Notes under the pieces: generated by a model
The model's database searches: none
The model's input: only the letters and a program-made list of their open reading frames with translations
What the model was told of the DNA's origin: nothing
Position numbers and translations under genes: made by a program
Shown here: piece after piece, positions 1 through 10,591 of the stretch
How positions within the stretch are numbered: the stretch's first letter is position 1
How the letters are laid out: every line of letters starts with the position of its first letter
Source: Candidatus Marinacidobacterales bacterium
Lineage (GTDB): Bacteria > Acidobacteriota > Vicinamibacteria > Marinacidobacterales > SMYC01
Reading direction: 5' to 3'
DNA: 64,000 nt
Assembly: GCA_965237955.1 (NCBI GenBank)
Contig: OZ250169.1
Coordinates: 5,664,001 to 5,728,000, forward strand

Positions 1-3000
1 GAGCATGCGCGCGAGGCTCAGGCTGAGCGGTTCGACGTCGCTCGGCTCGATGGCGAGAGGTGAGCGCGCCAAAAGCTCGTGAACGAGTGAGCCGAACCGT
101 TTGCCGCCGGGTCTTTGGGGGTCGCGTCCCTCGACCTCGGCTAGCTCGACGGAATCGGCTCCCGAAACGGGGGCTTCCTCCTCCACCAACCTGCTGACCG
201 AGCTCGCGCGGAAGCTTTCAGTCGAGCCCTGCCGTACAGTAGCTTCCTTCCGCTCGGTCCAGCTGGCGTGCTCGCGCTCGCCCGCGGTCGGACCCTCTTC
301 CGGCTGGGCCTGAAGAATCCAATAGCGTCGTAGTCCGGGTTTGGTCGCGGTCTCTAGCTCGAACTGATGGGGGTCCCACCACACGACTTCGTGGCGTCCG
401 ACGGCGGGTTTGTGCAATCCGGGGCGAATGCCTTCACCGGGCATGATGTCGGCGCGTCCCGGCCGTTCGATCACACACTCCTCGCCGGTGAACCGGGGGA
501 CATTGGCTGCGACCATCGGGAGCCGATAGGAGCGCGGTGATGGATAGAGCGCCGGCAGGAGCGGAGCCACCCAACCGGCGTCCTGCGGACGGTCGGCGAC
601 GACGGGGACCGCGAGGATGTCCCGCGCGCGCGTCGCAGCGACGTAGAGCAAGCGCAAGCTCTCGGCAGCTTCCCGCTCGCCTTCCGCCTGCTCGTGGTCG
701 ATGACTTCCCACGGTAGGCCGCCGGCGAATCGAACGGCGAAGATGCCCCTCTCGGGATCGACGTGGCGGGAGGCGCCCATCGAACGCGAGCAGGTGATGT
801 CGCACAGCACGATGACGGGGAACTCGAGCCCTTTCGCTTTGTGCACCGTCATGAGGCGAACGCCTTCGACCCCATCCTCGATGAGCGGCTGCTCGCTTCC
901 GGTCGCGCTCTCGGCGAGTGCATCTAAATGATCTACGAACCCGCGGAACGAAAGCCCGCCCGTCTCTTCGAAGTTACGAGCGAGCTGCATCAGCCGGAGG
1001 ACGTTCGCAAGGATTTGATCTCCCGCCTGCCATAGCGCGAAGCCTGCCTGTGCGCGCGTCGCGTCCAGGATTTCCCGAATCGTCAACGCGATCGGTCGAA
1101 AGTTCCTACTTTTATGTAGACGACCGAGTACGTCGATCGCCTCTTGGACGGATGCGTCGTCGCCACGAAGCTCGGCCGTCGTCCGGCGGAACGGATGAAG
1201 CGATCCGTGACGCGTACGAAACTGGAGCAGGCTGTCGTCGGAAAGACTGAACAGCGGGCCTCTCAGAGTCGCGAACACCGACAGCTCGTCGTCGGGGCGC
1301 TCGATCGCGGTGAGCGCCACGCGCATCGCATCGATCTCTTCTCGTTGATGGAACCCGCGCCCACCTATTAGCACGTGCGGAACATCGAAACCTTGAAGCG
1401 CTTCGACGTACGGTTGCGTGATCGATCTCTGCTGGGTGACGAAACGGCGGAACAGAAGACACACGTCGGACGCTCCGATGGGTCGTGGAACGGAGTCTCC
1501 GCGCGACGTGACTTGGTACCCGCTGTCTTCGATGAGCCAGCGAACCCACGATGCCACCGCACTCGGCTCGGACCGCTGCATCGCATACTGCGTCAAGTAG
1601 CCCCAGTCGCCGTACGGACGTGGTATCGGAAGTGCTACGACCGAGGGTTGCCCCTCGATCGCGGGGCGATGCGGCTCGAGCGCGACGTAGTCCGCCTGTT
1701 GGTTGTTCTCGGTCCGCTTCATCGCGGCCGACATCGAGGCGTTCACGATCTCCTGTATCTCGGGTACCGATCGAAAGCTGACGCTCAAGTAGACTGGCTG
1801 TGCGCCCGCGGCTACGAGCTGGCGCTTCACTCGCTGATAGAGCGCGACGTCGGCGCGACGGAATCGATAAATCGACTGTTTCGGATCGGCGACGACGAAG
1901 AGTTTTCCCGGGACGGTCTTTACCCGGAGCCAGTCGTCTTGCTCGGGGTCCGCCGCTGACAGGAGCAGCAGAATTTCGGCTTGGAGCGGATCGGTGTCCT
2001 GGAACTCGTCGACGAAGATGTGAGTGAACCGCTCCTGGAGTTCTTGCCGAAGAGCGTCGTTGTCTCGGAGTAGGTCGCGCGCCTTGACCAGGAGGTCGAG
2101 AAAATCGAGCCGCCCTCGTTTCGATTTCGCGTCCTGGTAGCGGTCGACGACTTCGCGTAGCTCGTTTTGCAGAAGCGCGGCCCGATCCGAGGAAGCGCGT
2201 TTCTTGAAATCAGTGAGCGCGTCTTTGAACGCTTCTCGTTCGGACAAGAGCTCCTCGCGGATGACAGATTCGCCGTAGGCGCCCCGTCCCTTGCGCCTTC
2301 CGAGCTTGAGTGCCGGAAGGCGGTGCTCGAGCGCGTCGTAGTCGCGCCGGCCTCTCACTTGCTCCTGACCCTCGAGATCCTGGACGAAGCTGAGCAAAGT
2401 TTTGAAATCCATGAACAAATAGTCCCGCTCGCTCGAGCGCTTCCGGGCGGTTTCGGCGAGACTGAGAGCGCGCTCGACTAAGTCGTCGATCTCTCCCTCT
2501 CGATCGAATGGACGAACTTGCCAGGGGGTCTTGAAGTCACGGATGTCGATGAGCGTCAGACCAGCACGATAGAGCTCGTCGATGGGGCCTTGCTCTCGCA
2601 CCGCGCTCTTTCGCAGCAGACGCCGGACGCCGGGCGGCGGGTCGTCGAGTTTCTGCTCGAGCCAGCGATCGAAGACGCGGCGATACATCCGCTCGGTCTC
2701 TCCCTCGGTCGCGACTTCGAACAACGGGTCGACGCTCGCTTGCAGCGGTCGCTCCTTGAGCAAGTCCGCGCAAAAGCCGTGGATCGTACCAATGTGCGCC
2801 TCTTCGAGCTGCGCTAAACCCTTTTCGAGTCGTCGGCGTACGTCATCGTCGTCCGCACCCTGGTGGGCATGACGGGCGCGCTCGAGCTCGCTTCGCAGCC
2901 GAAGCTTCAGCTCGCCCGCGGCTTTCTCGGTGAACGTCACCGCCACGAGGCGTCGCAGCTCAACCCGCCCGGTTCGAATGACCTGGATGATGCGTCCGAC

Positions 3001-3108
3001 GAGCGCGGTCGTCTTGCCCGTTCCCGCTGCCGCTTCGACGACGAGCGTCTTGTCGAGATCGTTCTCGATCGCGTCGCGATCGCGTTGGTCGGCGAGGGGA
3101 GACGTCAC
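1..3108 (-). CDS. addA: ATP-dependent helicase/nuclease subunit A (AddA/UvrD-like), 3' end outside window
   Basis: Manual translation from GTG 3108, which overlaps the addB stop: Walker A VEAAAGTGKTT, VDEFQDTD, VGDPKQ-type motif, MTVHKAKGLEFP, RLLYVAATRARD. It is absent from the ORF track, consistent with the frame running off the left edge. Confidence 0.9.
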   Translation of the reverse strand, partial: MTSPLADQRDRDAIENDLDKTLVVEAAAGTGKTTALVGRIIQVIRTGRVELRRLVAVTFTEKAAGELKLRLRSELERARHAHQGADDDDVRRRLEKGLAQLEEAHIGTIHGFCADLLKERPLQASVDPLFEVATEGETERMYRRVFDRWLEQKLDDPPPGVRRLLRKSAVREQGPIDELYRAGLTLIDIRDFKTPWQVRPFDREGEIDDLVERALSLAETARKRSSERDYLFMDFKTLLSFVQDLEGQEQVRGRRDYDALEHRLPALKLGRRKGRGAYGESVIREELLSEREAFKDALTDFKKRASSDRAALLQNELREVVDRYQDAKSKRGRLDFLDLLVKARDLLRDNDALRQELQERFTHIFVDEFQDTDPLQAEILLLLSAADPEQDDWLRVKTVPGKLFVVADPKQSIYRFRRADVALYQRVKRQLVAAGAQPVYLSVSFRSVPEIQEIVNASMSAAMKRTENNQQADYVALEPHRPAIEGQPSVVALPIPRPYGDWGYLTQYAMQRSEPSAVASWVRWLIEDSGYQVTSRGDSVPRPIGASDVCLLFRRFVTQQRSITQPYVEALQGFDVPHVLIGGRGFHQREEIDAMRVALTAIERPDDELSVFATLRGPLFSLSDDSLLQFRTRHGSLHPFRRTTAELRGDDASVQEAIDVLGRLHKSRNFRPIALTIREILDATRAQAGFALWQAGDQILANVLRLMQLARNFEETGGLSFRGFVDHLDALAESATGSEQPLIEDGVEGVRLMTVHKAKGLEFPVIVLCDITCSRSMGASRHVDPERGIFAVRFAGGLPWEVIDHEQAEGEREAAESLRLLYVAATRARDILAVPVVADRPQDAGWVAPLLPALYPSPRSYRLPMVAANVPRFTGEECVIERPGRADIMPGEGIRPGLHKPAVGRHEVVWWDPHQFELETATKPGLRRYWILQAQPEEGPTAGEREHASWTERKEATVRQGSTESFRASSVSRLVEEEAPVSGADSVELAEVEGRDPQRPGGKRFGSLVHELLARSPLAIEPSDVEPLSLSLARML

Positions 3109-6100
3109 GTGAGGTTCCTCAGCCAGTTGAGTGGGGACAGGCGCGGGTCTGCCTGCTTGCGCTTGGAGTCGATCTCCATGCGGGGGCCGCAGACCGAGAT
3201 GTAGTCGCAAAACCGACACCCGAATTTCGGCAGCGGCGAGGCGGGGAAAAAGCCCTCCTCGATGCTCTCGTCGAGTCGTCGCTGGAACTCGGCGATCACC
3301 TCCAGAGCTTCTTCGTCCGTGTACACGGTGCGCTCAGAGTAACTTCCGCGCTCGGTGCAGTAGTAGAGTCGTGAGGACTCCACTTGCTCACCCGTCAACG
3401 CTTCGTAAGCCAATGTGTACAGCACCGGTTGGAGGCTTTGTCCGCCGTTCACAATCGCGCTTTCGGGCATCCACACTTTGCCGCTCTTGTGGTCGGTCAC
3501 GCGCACCTTCCCGTCGGCGCGTTTTTCGACGAGGTCGATGGCACCTCGAAGCCGCAACCCGTTTTCGAGTTTCGCCACTTCCAATGTGCTCGCGGGGTCC
3601 GCGGGTCCTCTCGGTTTCATCCCGAACGTAAATTCACGCCGGATGGGCACGAAACCTCCGGTCGCCTTCGCCTCCCGGCGAAGCCAGCCTCTGAGGTCGA
3701 AACGAATCCGCTCGAGCTCGTCGCGCCAGATGCGCTCGATGGCGGGAGCGAGCTCTTCGTAGAACCGCTCGGTGACCTCATCGAGGGTGAGCTCGAATAC
3801 TTGCATGACCTCTTCGAGGTTTTCGGGACGCACCGGTAAGAGGTCAGCGTCCTCCAATCGCTGCAAGATATGGAATTGGGCGTCGTGCAAGATGTGGCCG
3901 CGCGTCAACGCATCGAGGTGGGTTATGGATTCGATGTCGTCCCGCGGCCTCAGGCGCAACACGGCGTTGAGATAGAACCGGTACGGACACCCTGCGTATT
4001 TCTCGAGTGCGGTGACGGAGTACGCGCGGGCGTCGAGGCGGTGGTGCGCAAGGATCTCCTTGGCGGCGCTCGAAGGTTCGAGGAAGCCGTCCACGGGCGT
4101 GAACGTCCCGGAGCGTCCGCGTTGATACTTCGCCCGGAGCGAGCGTGCGAGAGACGGGTTCACATCTATTAGGTAGCGACCGGTGCCGCGCACGTCGTCC
4201 TCGCTCGTGTCCCTGCGAAGCGCATCGGCGAGAAAGGCGAGGTCGAACTCGGTGGCATCGATCGCTTTTTGCCGATCCAGGGGAGCTGGCCACCCGAGAC
4301 GTGCGCCGCTCGAGCTTGCCGCCTCGCGCTCGAGCGTCTCGAAGTCGGGAAGCTCGCCTTGACTCGCGCGCGCGATCTCGAGGAGATAGAACGACGGGAC
4401 TTTGGATCGGCCTTTGGCCAGATCGACCGACGGGTAGCTGAAGACGATGCGACGGGTCGCGGCGCCGATCGCAAGCCGCAGGGCGAGCCGCTCTTTCTGG
4501 ACGCGGTCTTCTTGTAACGGTAGTGCGGCGTCGAGCTTTTTCCGGTCGTCGTCGAGAAGGAGGGGATCTTCCACGATTTTTTTCGGGAACATGCGCTCGG
4601 CGAGGCCCGGTACCAAGACGACGTCGAAGCTCGCCCCACGAACCGAGTCGATGGGCGCGACCCACACTTTGCCGTATCGATAGTCGGTAGGCCGTTGTGA
4701 GAGGAGCGTCAGCCGCTCGCTCAAGACCTCGCGGACCTCGATCCAATCGACGGGCCCCACCGCGGCCATCGGGCGGAGCTCTTTGAGCATCGATAGCACA
4801 CCGTCCGGATGCGCAAGCGAGCGCATCGCGAGCGTTTCCAGGGCATCGAGCCAGCTGCCCCAAGGAGCGCGCTTCGGAAGCTCGGCGAGAAGCTCGAGGA
4901 CCGGCAGTGCGAAGCGCTTCAAATGCTCGAGGTCGTCGCGTTCTCGTTGAAGCGCGACTGCTTCGGCGCCCTCGGGATCCTCGAGCTCTGCCAGCCGAAT
5001 CTCGAGCTCACGGGCGAGTCCGGCGAGGCGTCGCTCCCACCGCTCGAGACTTCCGATCACGGCCGCGTCGACGAGGAGTTTCTCCCATCGCCACGGTGCA
5101 CGGAGGCTTCCCTCGATGGCGGTCTCGAGCTCCGGCTCGTCGACTTTTTCGGGCTCGGCGAAGAGGTCGAGTTGTACCGGTTCGTAGGCGGAGTCCGAAG
5201 TATTCGGTGCGAGCGCGTGTTGTGGTGGAATCCACAACACGTCTTCGTCCTCGGGCAACTCCTCGGGCGGAATCGGTACCCCGTGGGCGTCGAGTCGAGG
5301 AAGCTGCGAGAGCGAAAGATATTCCGCGAAACGTGTGGCGCTCAGCTCGTCGTCGGCGCAGTCCATCAGAGCGAGGAAGGCGCGTCCGGCGGGATCGGGG
5401 CGCTTGGTCCCTTTCTCGAAATAGGCGGGAATAGACGCTCGCTCGAACGCGTCCTCGAGGTGCGCGGTGTAGCTTTCGGGCGAGCGTAGCAACACCGCGA
5501 TGCGGTCGAAGGGCGTTTTGTCGGCGGCTTCGGCATGGATCGCGCGAGCGATCTCTACGGCTTCTTGAGCTTCACCGGGCGCGGAGAGAATCGTGACGTC
5601 GGTGGGAGCTTCGGTCTTGACAGTCTTGACAGGCTTGACTGGCACTTCGTCACTGAATACGTAATGCTGGAGGTCGAGGATCGCCTGGCTCGCTCGTGGT
5701 TCGATGGATTCCGGCTCACAACCCAAGGCTCGGCCGAGAAACCGAAGCGATTTGTCGTCTCCCGATGGCACCGTGGCCACGATCGCATCCGCTTTCTCCG
5801 CGAGCGCCTCGACGAACCGCGCTTCAGCCGGCGATTCGATGGGGACGTCGAGAAGCAAAATGGACGCGCTCACGTTGTTGTCCGACTCACTCGCGAGCTC
5901 GAACACGAGAGCACGATCGGCGACGCCATGCTCGCGCGCTAGCGCTTGATAGCGCGCGGTGAGATCACCGAGCACAGCGCTATCGGATGAAAGCTCCGAG
6001 AGCGCCTCGGGTGTCACCTGGTGAAGTCGACACTCGTGGATGGTCGAGGTGAGCGCGCGCGTAAGCCCCGGCCCGTCGGCAACGCTCGCGAGGGCGCCCA

Positions 6101-6419
6101 GGTGATTCTCCTTCGAGCTCTGGTGAATGACGCGCGCGGTCACCGCCTCCTGGCCCAAACGGCTGTGGGATGCCATGCCGGCCTTCGCGAGCGCCGGCAT
6201 CGCGAGGCGATAGGCGAGGGCATCCAGAGTCATCCGCTGCACGCCGAAAATCGAGCCCTGCTCATGCACGATTTCGCGAACGAAGTGGTCGGCGGACTCC
6301 TGCTCTTTCGACAAGAGCAGCAGCGAGGCGGGTGACGACAGCTTGCTGAAAGCGCGACCCGCGCCCTCATGCCGGGCTGCCGCCGAGGGTCCGACGAGGA
6401 GCGTTCGACGTGATGCCAT
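3105..6419 (-). CDS. addB: AddB-like inactive helicase plus C-terminal PD-(D/E)XK nuclease
   Basis: 1132 aa ORF, likely ATG 6419. C-terminal CPYRF, LRGAIDLVE, TDHKSGK and CRFCDYISVC (four Fe-S-type cysteines). Coupled to addA by a GTGA overlap. Confidence 0.85.
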   Translation of the reverse strand: MASRRTLLVGPSAAARHEGAGRAFSKLSSPASLLLLSKEQESADHFVREIVHEQGSIFGVQRMTLDALAYRLAMPALAKAGMASHSRLGQEAVTARVIHQSSKENHLGALASVADGPGLTRALTSTIHECRLHQVTPEALSELSSDSAVLGDLTARYQALAREHGVADRALVFELASESDNNVSASILLLDVPIESPAEARFVEALAEKADAIVATVPSGDDKSLRFLGRALGCEPESIEPRASQAILDLQHYVFSDEVPVKPVKTVKTEAPTDVTILSAPGEAQEAVEIARAIHAEAADKTPFDRIAVLLRSPESYTAHLEDAFERASIPAYFEKGTKRPDPAGRAFLALMDCADDELSATRFAEYLSLSQLPRLDAHGVPIPPEELPEDEDVLWIPPQHALAPNTSDSAYEPVQLDLFAEPEKVDEPELETAIEGSLRAPWRWEKLLVDAAVIGSLERWERRLAGLARELEIRLAELEDPEGAEAVALQRERDDLEHLKRFALPVLELLAELPKRAPWGSWLDALETLAMRSLAHPDGVLSMLKELRPMAAVGPVDWIEVREVLSERLTLLSQRPTDYRYGKVWVAPIDSVRGASFDVVLVPGLAERMFPKKIVEDPLLLDDDRKKLDAALPLQEDRVQKERLALRLAIGAATRRIVFSYPSVDLAKGRSKVPSFYLLEIARASQGELPDFETLEREAASSSGARLGWPAPLDRQKAIDATEFDLAFLADALRRDTSEDDVRGTGRYLIDVNPSLARSLRAKYQRGRSGTFTPVDGFLEPSSAAKEILAHHRLDARAYSVTALEKYAGCPYRFYLNAVLRLRPRDDIESITHLDALTRGHILHDAQFHILQRLEDADLLPVRPENLEEVMQVFELTLDEVTERFYEELAPAIERIWRDELERIRFDLRGWLRREAKATGGFVPIRREFTFGMKPRGPADPASTLEVAKLENGLRLRGAIDLVEKRADGKVRVTDHKSGKVWMPESAIVNGGQSLQPVLYTLAYEALTGEQVESSRLYYCTERGSYSERTVYTDEEALEVIAEFQRRLDESIEEGFFPASPLPKFGCRFCDYISVCGPRMEIDSKRKQADPRLSPLNWLRNLT

Positions 6420-6595
6420 AGGTTCGATGCTCTCGCATGTTAGCTGCGATCGTCGTCGAATCAAACCCGGGCTCCGGTACGGAACGCAGTTGAAGTAGGC
6501 CACCCCGCGGTTGTAGGATGGCGCCCAAGGATTTTGTTGATTGCCCGCCGCTCCCCGGGGCGGGATATCATTTTTTTGTTCCGAGGAGGGATGTC

Positions 6596-8227
6596 ATGAG
6601 GACTTTTCCGGCTTTGAAGCTGGCCGTCACGTTGATGCTCGTCGCGAGCGTCGCCGTGGCCGCCCTTGCTACCCAAGACAAGATTCCCCAGAAGGACGTT
6701 GGCAGGTACGTGCAAAGGGCGGAGAAGGAGTACAAGGAAGGCAAGCTGAAGGAGGCGATCGGCTACTACTTCACGGTTCTGTATGCGTTTCCCGAGATGA
6801 CGGACGTGCGCTTCAAGGTTGCCCGCATTCACAACGAGCTGGGTGAATTGGCGAACGCTGCGACAGCGTACGAAGAGGCGCTACCGGGACTCGAGAAAGA
6901 CGAAGAGATTGCAGAGGCGTACGAAGTCATGACGATCGGCTACGCACGGACCGCCAACTATGCGAAAGCGGTCGAGTACGGCCGGAAGGCGTGGGAGATG
7001 AATCCACAGAGCGCGGACGTGGCCATCGGGCTCGCCATGGGCCTCGCCAAGACGGGGAGCTTGACCGAAGCCGCGGAGATAGCGAAGCAGGCGCTCGTGC
7101 TTGCGCCCGACAGCGCACTCGCGCACAACACCCTGGGTGAAGCTGCCCTCGCGGAAGGAAACGTCGACGAGGCCAAGGCGTCGTTTACAAAGGCACTCGA
7201 GCTCGATGCGAACACCGCCGAAGCCCACGCGGGTCTGGCGGAGATTCATTTTCAGGGCGAGGAGTACGCTGCCGCTGCCGATTCGGCGACGAAAGCACTC
7301 GAGTTGAACGACCAGCTGACGCGCGCCTACGGAATCCGAGGCAAGGCCAACAACGCCCTCGGCAAGAGCAACGAAGCGCAAGCGGATCTGTCGATGGCCA
7401 TCACCGTAAACCCCGACGACCCGGACGCGAATCTCGCGTACGCGCAGGTCCAGCAGTCTCTGGGCAACAACGGACAGGCCGCGACGTACTACTTGAAGAC
7501 CATTTCGTTGAATCCGAGCCTCACCGCCGTGTATGAGCCGCTCGCCGAGCTCCTCGTCGCGCAGCAGCGGTACAACGACCTCATGGATGCGATGCAGCAG
7601 GTCATCGCCACAAAGCCGGACACCGCGGAGGCTCATCTCTACCTGGCAGTGGGTCAGGACGGATCGAAACAAACCGCCGAGGCGCTCGCCGAGTTCAACA
7701 AGGCAATCGAGCTCGACGACAGTCTTGGGGAAGCTCATTACCATCGAGGTAAGATCCTGAGGACGCAAAAGCAGACCGCGGATGCCATTGCTGCCTTACA
7801 GAAAGCGGAATCGTTGGACAGCGAGAACGCCGAGTACCTGACAGAGTTGGGGATTGCGTACTACGAAGGCGGGCAACTCCAACCCGCGATGACAGCGCTC
7901 GAGAAAGCCATCAACAGTCCGGACTACGCCAACGCGTTGGGCTGGGCATACTATGGCGTGACGCTGAAGGATAGTCAGCGTTATGCCGACGCGGCTGGGT
8001 ACTTCACCAAGGCCGTGGAAGTCTTCCCGAACTATGGGCTTGCACATTGGGGCCTCGCCTGGTCCGCCTTCGGTCAGATCAAACCAGGCTGCCCGTGCAC
8101 GCCAGAGGATGACGCGCTGGTGGCGCTCGTCGTGGATCACTCCGCGAAAGCGGTCGAGTTTGGAGCGAACGATCCCGGGCTGACAGAACGCGCCGACGTC
8201 CTCGGGAGGGGCGAGAAAGTCAAGTAG
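6596..8227 (+). CDS. Secreted tetratricopeptide-repeat protein
   Basis: RBS GAGGAGG before ATG 6596, signal-peptide-like N-terminus, many TPR units (e.g. AHNTLGEA..A...F.KALELD, AHYHRG). Confidence 0.85.
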   Translation: MRTFPALKLAVTLMLVASVAVAALATQDKIPQKDVGRYVQRAEKEYKEGKLKEAIGYYFTVLYAFPEMTDVRFKVARIHNELGELANAATAYEEALPGLEKDEEIAEAYEVMTIGYARTANYAKAVEYGRKAWEMNPQSADVAIGLAMGLAKTGSLTEAAEIAKQALVLAPDSALAHNTLGEAALAEGNVDEAKASFTKALELDANTAEAHAGLAEIHFQGEEYAAAADSATKALELNDQLTRAYGIRGKANNALGKSNEAQADLSMAITVNPDDPDANLAYAQVQQSLGNNGQAATYYLKTISLNPSLTAVYEPLAELLVAQQRYNDLMDAMQQVIATKPDTAEAHLYLAVGQDGSKQTAEALAEFNKAIELDDSLGEAHYHRGKILRTQKQTADAIAALQKAESLDSENAEYLTELGIAYYEGGQLQPAMTALEKAINSPDYANALGWAYYGVTLKDSQRYADAAGYFTKAVEVFPNYGLAHWGLAWSAFGQIKPGCPCTPEDDALVALVVDHSAKAVEFGANDPGLTERADVLGRGEKVK

Positions 8228-8254
8228 TCGGTGTGCAGCTTTTTTTCTGGAAAA

Positions 8255-8358
8255 GAAAAGATCACCGCAGAGGCGCAGAGGACGCAAAGGAAACGCAACT
8301 CTACCGGTGATTCTTGGTTGCGGTGTCGCTGCGCTGTGTCTCTGTGGTCAAATCTTTT
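8255..8358. repeat. Imperfect intergenic hairpin of the CACCGCAGAGGCGCAGAG repeat type
   Basis: aaagatcaccgcagaggcgcag pairs imperfectly with ctgtgtctctgtggtcaaatcttt; a related half-unit lies at about 48968-49008. Confidence 0.5.
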
Positions 8359-8373
8359 GCCTCTCCTGCCATT

Positions 8374-9591
8374 TCAGTGGATCCTCTCGAGGGTGAGACC
8401 GCCACAGTTTAGGTAGACGAGACTGATGAGAGCTTCGGCAGAGTGGAGTCCAAAGCTGCGGTGGCTCAGCAGCCTGATTTTGTTGTTCATTCCTTCGAGT
8501 CGGCCGTTGCTGAGTCTCCACGTGACCCACGCGATGACGCCATCGAAGTGGCTGCTCATCTTCGCCGCGCGTTTGACGGGCTCTATCCTCGAGCTCATAG
8601 CGCGCCGCAGCCATCCTCGGAGAAACTTCTTGGCCCATGTCTCGGTTTTGTAGGTGTAGAGGTCCATGAAGTTGTCGCGCAGAAGCATGGCGCGGTAGAG
8701 GCGACGATTAGCTCGCACCTGCTCGCGGAGCACCCGTTTGTCTTTCGCGCTGCGGTTGTGTTTGGCCTTGAGAAGGGGAAACTTGGTGTTCTTGAGGTTG
8801 CGCCGGGCAGTCCCTTTGAGCTCGCGCACCAGCTCGCGCCGGGTCTTATCCACGGCCTCGTTCAGATGCTTGACGATGTGGAAGCGGTCAAAGATCACCC
8901 GTGCCTGAGGAGCCTTTTTGCCGACGACAGTTCTGTACGGCTCCCACATGTCCATGCTGACCGCTTCGAGCTCCGCGGCTCTTTGTGGTCCGAGCTTGCG
9001 GAAAAACCGCAGCAGCGTCTTGGCCTTGCGCTCCTTTCCCGCCCAGACGACCCGGCCGCTGAGATGGTCTATTACCACTGTTAAGTACTTGTGGCGTTTG
9101 CGGTAGCTGATCTCGTCCATCCCAATCACCCGCAATCCATCGAGCTCGCGCCGCTCATCCCGCTGCTCGGCAACCACTCGCTGGATGATCCGTCGCACCG
9201 AACGCCACGTCACTCGGAAATAGTTCGCTACGGCGCTGACGTCCGTCCTCTGTGCCAGCCACGCTACCTCTTGTTCGAAGCTTTTGGTAAAGCGGCTTCC
9301 CTTGTCTGCCCAAGGCACCTTTTCTCTGACCACTCCACACCGCCGACATACCACTCGTCGGATCGAGTAGCGAAGATAGGTCCGGACTCCGAACAGGTCC
9401 AAGTGCCGCCAGTAGCGATTGTAGCGATCTTTGTTCTTGCGGACCTTTCGTCCGCAAATCCCGCACAGAGGCTTCCTCCTCCGTGGTACTACATCCACCA
9501 CCACTCTGGCTTTGTCCGCCTGGAAGTGGAAACCTCGGACCCACAGGCCTTGCAATCCGATGAGCTTGTTGACTAACGTAGTAACGCGCAT
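8374..9591 (-). CDS. ISL3-family transposase
   Basis: Zinc finger CGICG...CRRCG, IGMDEISYRKRHKY, SMDMW, FDRFHIVK, SNGRLEGMNNKIR. Net 3 bp shorter than the inner copy (KMSSHF vs KMIRSHF). Confidence 0.93.
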   Translation of the reverse strand: MRVTTLVNKLIGLQGLWVRGFHFQADKARVVVDVVPRRRKPLCGICGRKVRKNKDRYNRYWRHLDLFGVRTYLRYSIRRVVCRRCGVVREKVPWADKGSRFTKSFEQEVAWLAQRTDVSAVANYFRVTWRSVRRIIQRVVAEQRDERRELDGLRVIGMDEISYRKRHKYLTVVIDHLSGRVVWAGKERKAKTLLRFFRKLGPQRAAELEAVSMDMWEPYRTVVGKKAPQARVIFDRFHIVKHLNEAVDKTRRELVRELKGTARRNLKNTKFPLLKAKHNRSAKDKRVLREQVRANRRLYRAMLLRDNFMDLYTYKTETWAKKFLRGWLRRAMSSRIEPVKRAAKMSSHFDGVIAWVTWRLSNGRLEGMNNKIRLLSHRSFGLHSAEALISLVYLNCGGLTLERIH

Positions 9592-10591
9592 CGCGGGAAC
9601 GCTCTTTTCTCTTTCGGAAAAAAAGATGGTTCTCCTGTCGTTTCGGGGGATCTGATTTGTGTTGGAGGGCATGGCCTATGGACGCTGCCGCGATTGTGGA
9701 AAACGCCGGAAACTCCGGGCGAGAGAGGCGTTTAGGGAAAGGTTGTGAGCACGTACAAACGTGGAGCGGCGTTTTCCACAATCGCTTGGAAAACGCTTCG
9801 CGTTTCCCACGAGCGCCCACAGGCCCCTCCTGATATATATACAAGAAAGATTAATTCATATGGAATAAGGAAGGGGGGGCTCGATTAGTGGAGGCTATGG
9901 AAAACGCCCTTCCAGGCTTCGAAGAGAACTCAGTCGTGAGCAAGGTCTGAACGACCAGAACCGTGGGGGCGTTTCCCGCAGCCTCGTCTCCCGCTGAGGG
10001 GCAGTGGCATTTGGTGAGGCCCGTGGGTTGAGAGGGTAAGCCATGTGTAGATGCGCATCGGCGAGAACGCTAGAATCTTTTTTTCCGAAAGAGAAAAGAG
10101 CGTTCTCGCGATGCGCGTTACTACGTTAGTCAACAAGCTCATCGGATTGCAAGGCCTGTGGGTCCGAGGTTTCCACTTCCAGGCGGACAAAGCCAGAGTG
10201 GTGGTGGATGTAGTACCACGGAGGAGGAAGCCTCTGTGCGGGATTTGCGGACGAAAGGTCCGCAAGAACAAAGATCGCTACAATCGCTACTGGCGGCACT
10301 TGGACCTGTTCGGAGTCCGGACCTATCTTCGCTACTCGATCCGACGAGTGGTATGTCGGCGGTGTGGAGTGGTCAGAGAAAAGGTGCCTTGGGCAGACAA
10401 GGGAAGCCGCTTTACCAAAAGCTTCGAACAAGAGGTAGCGTGGCTGGCACAGAGGACGGACGTCAGCGCCGTAGCGAACTATTTCCGAGTGACGTGGCGT
10501 TCGGTGCGACGGATCATCCAGCGAGTGGTTGCCGAGCAGCGGGATGAGCGGCGGAACGTGTCAACAACTTTGAGACACCCGCGGACTGCAT

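Noticed and set aside
101-3204. Many + strand ORFs over the first 3 kb, and the - strand ORF 62932-63996
   Set aside because: Shadow ORFs of addA and DUF1501, which the track missed because they run off the window edges.
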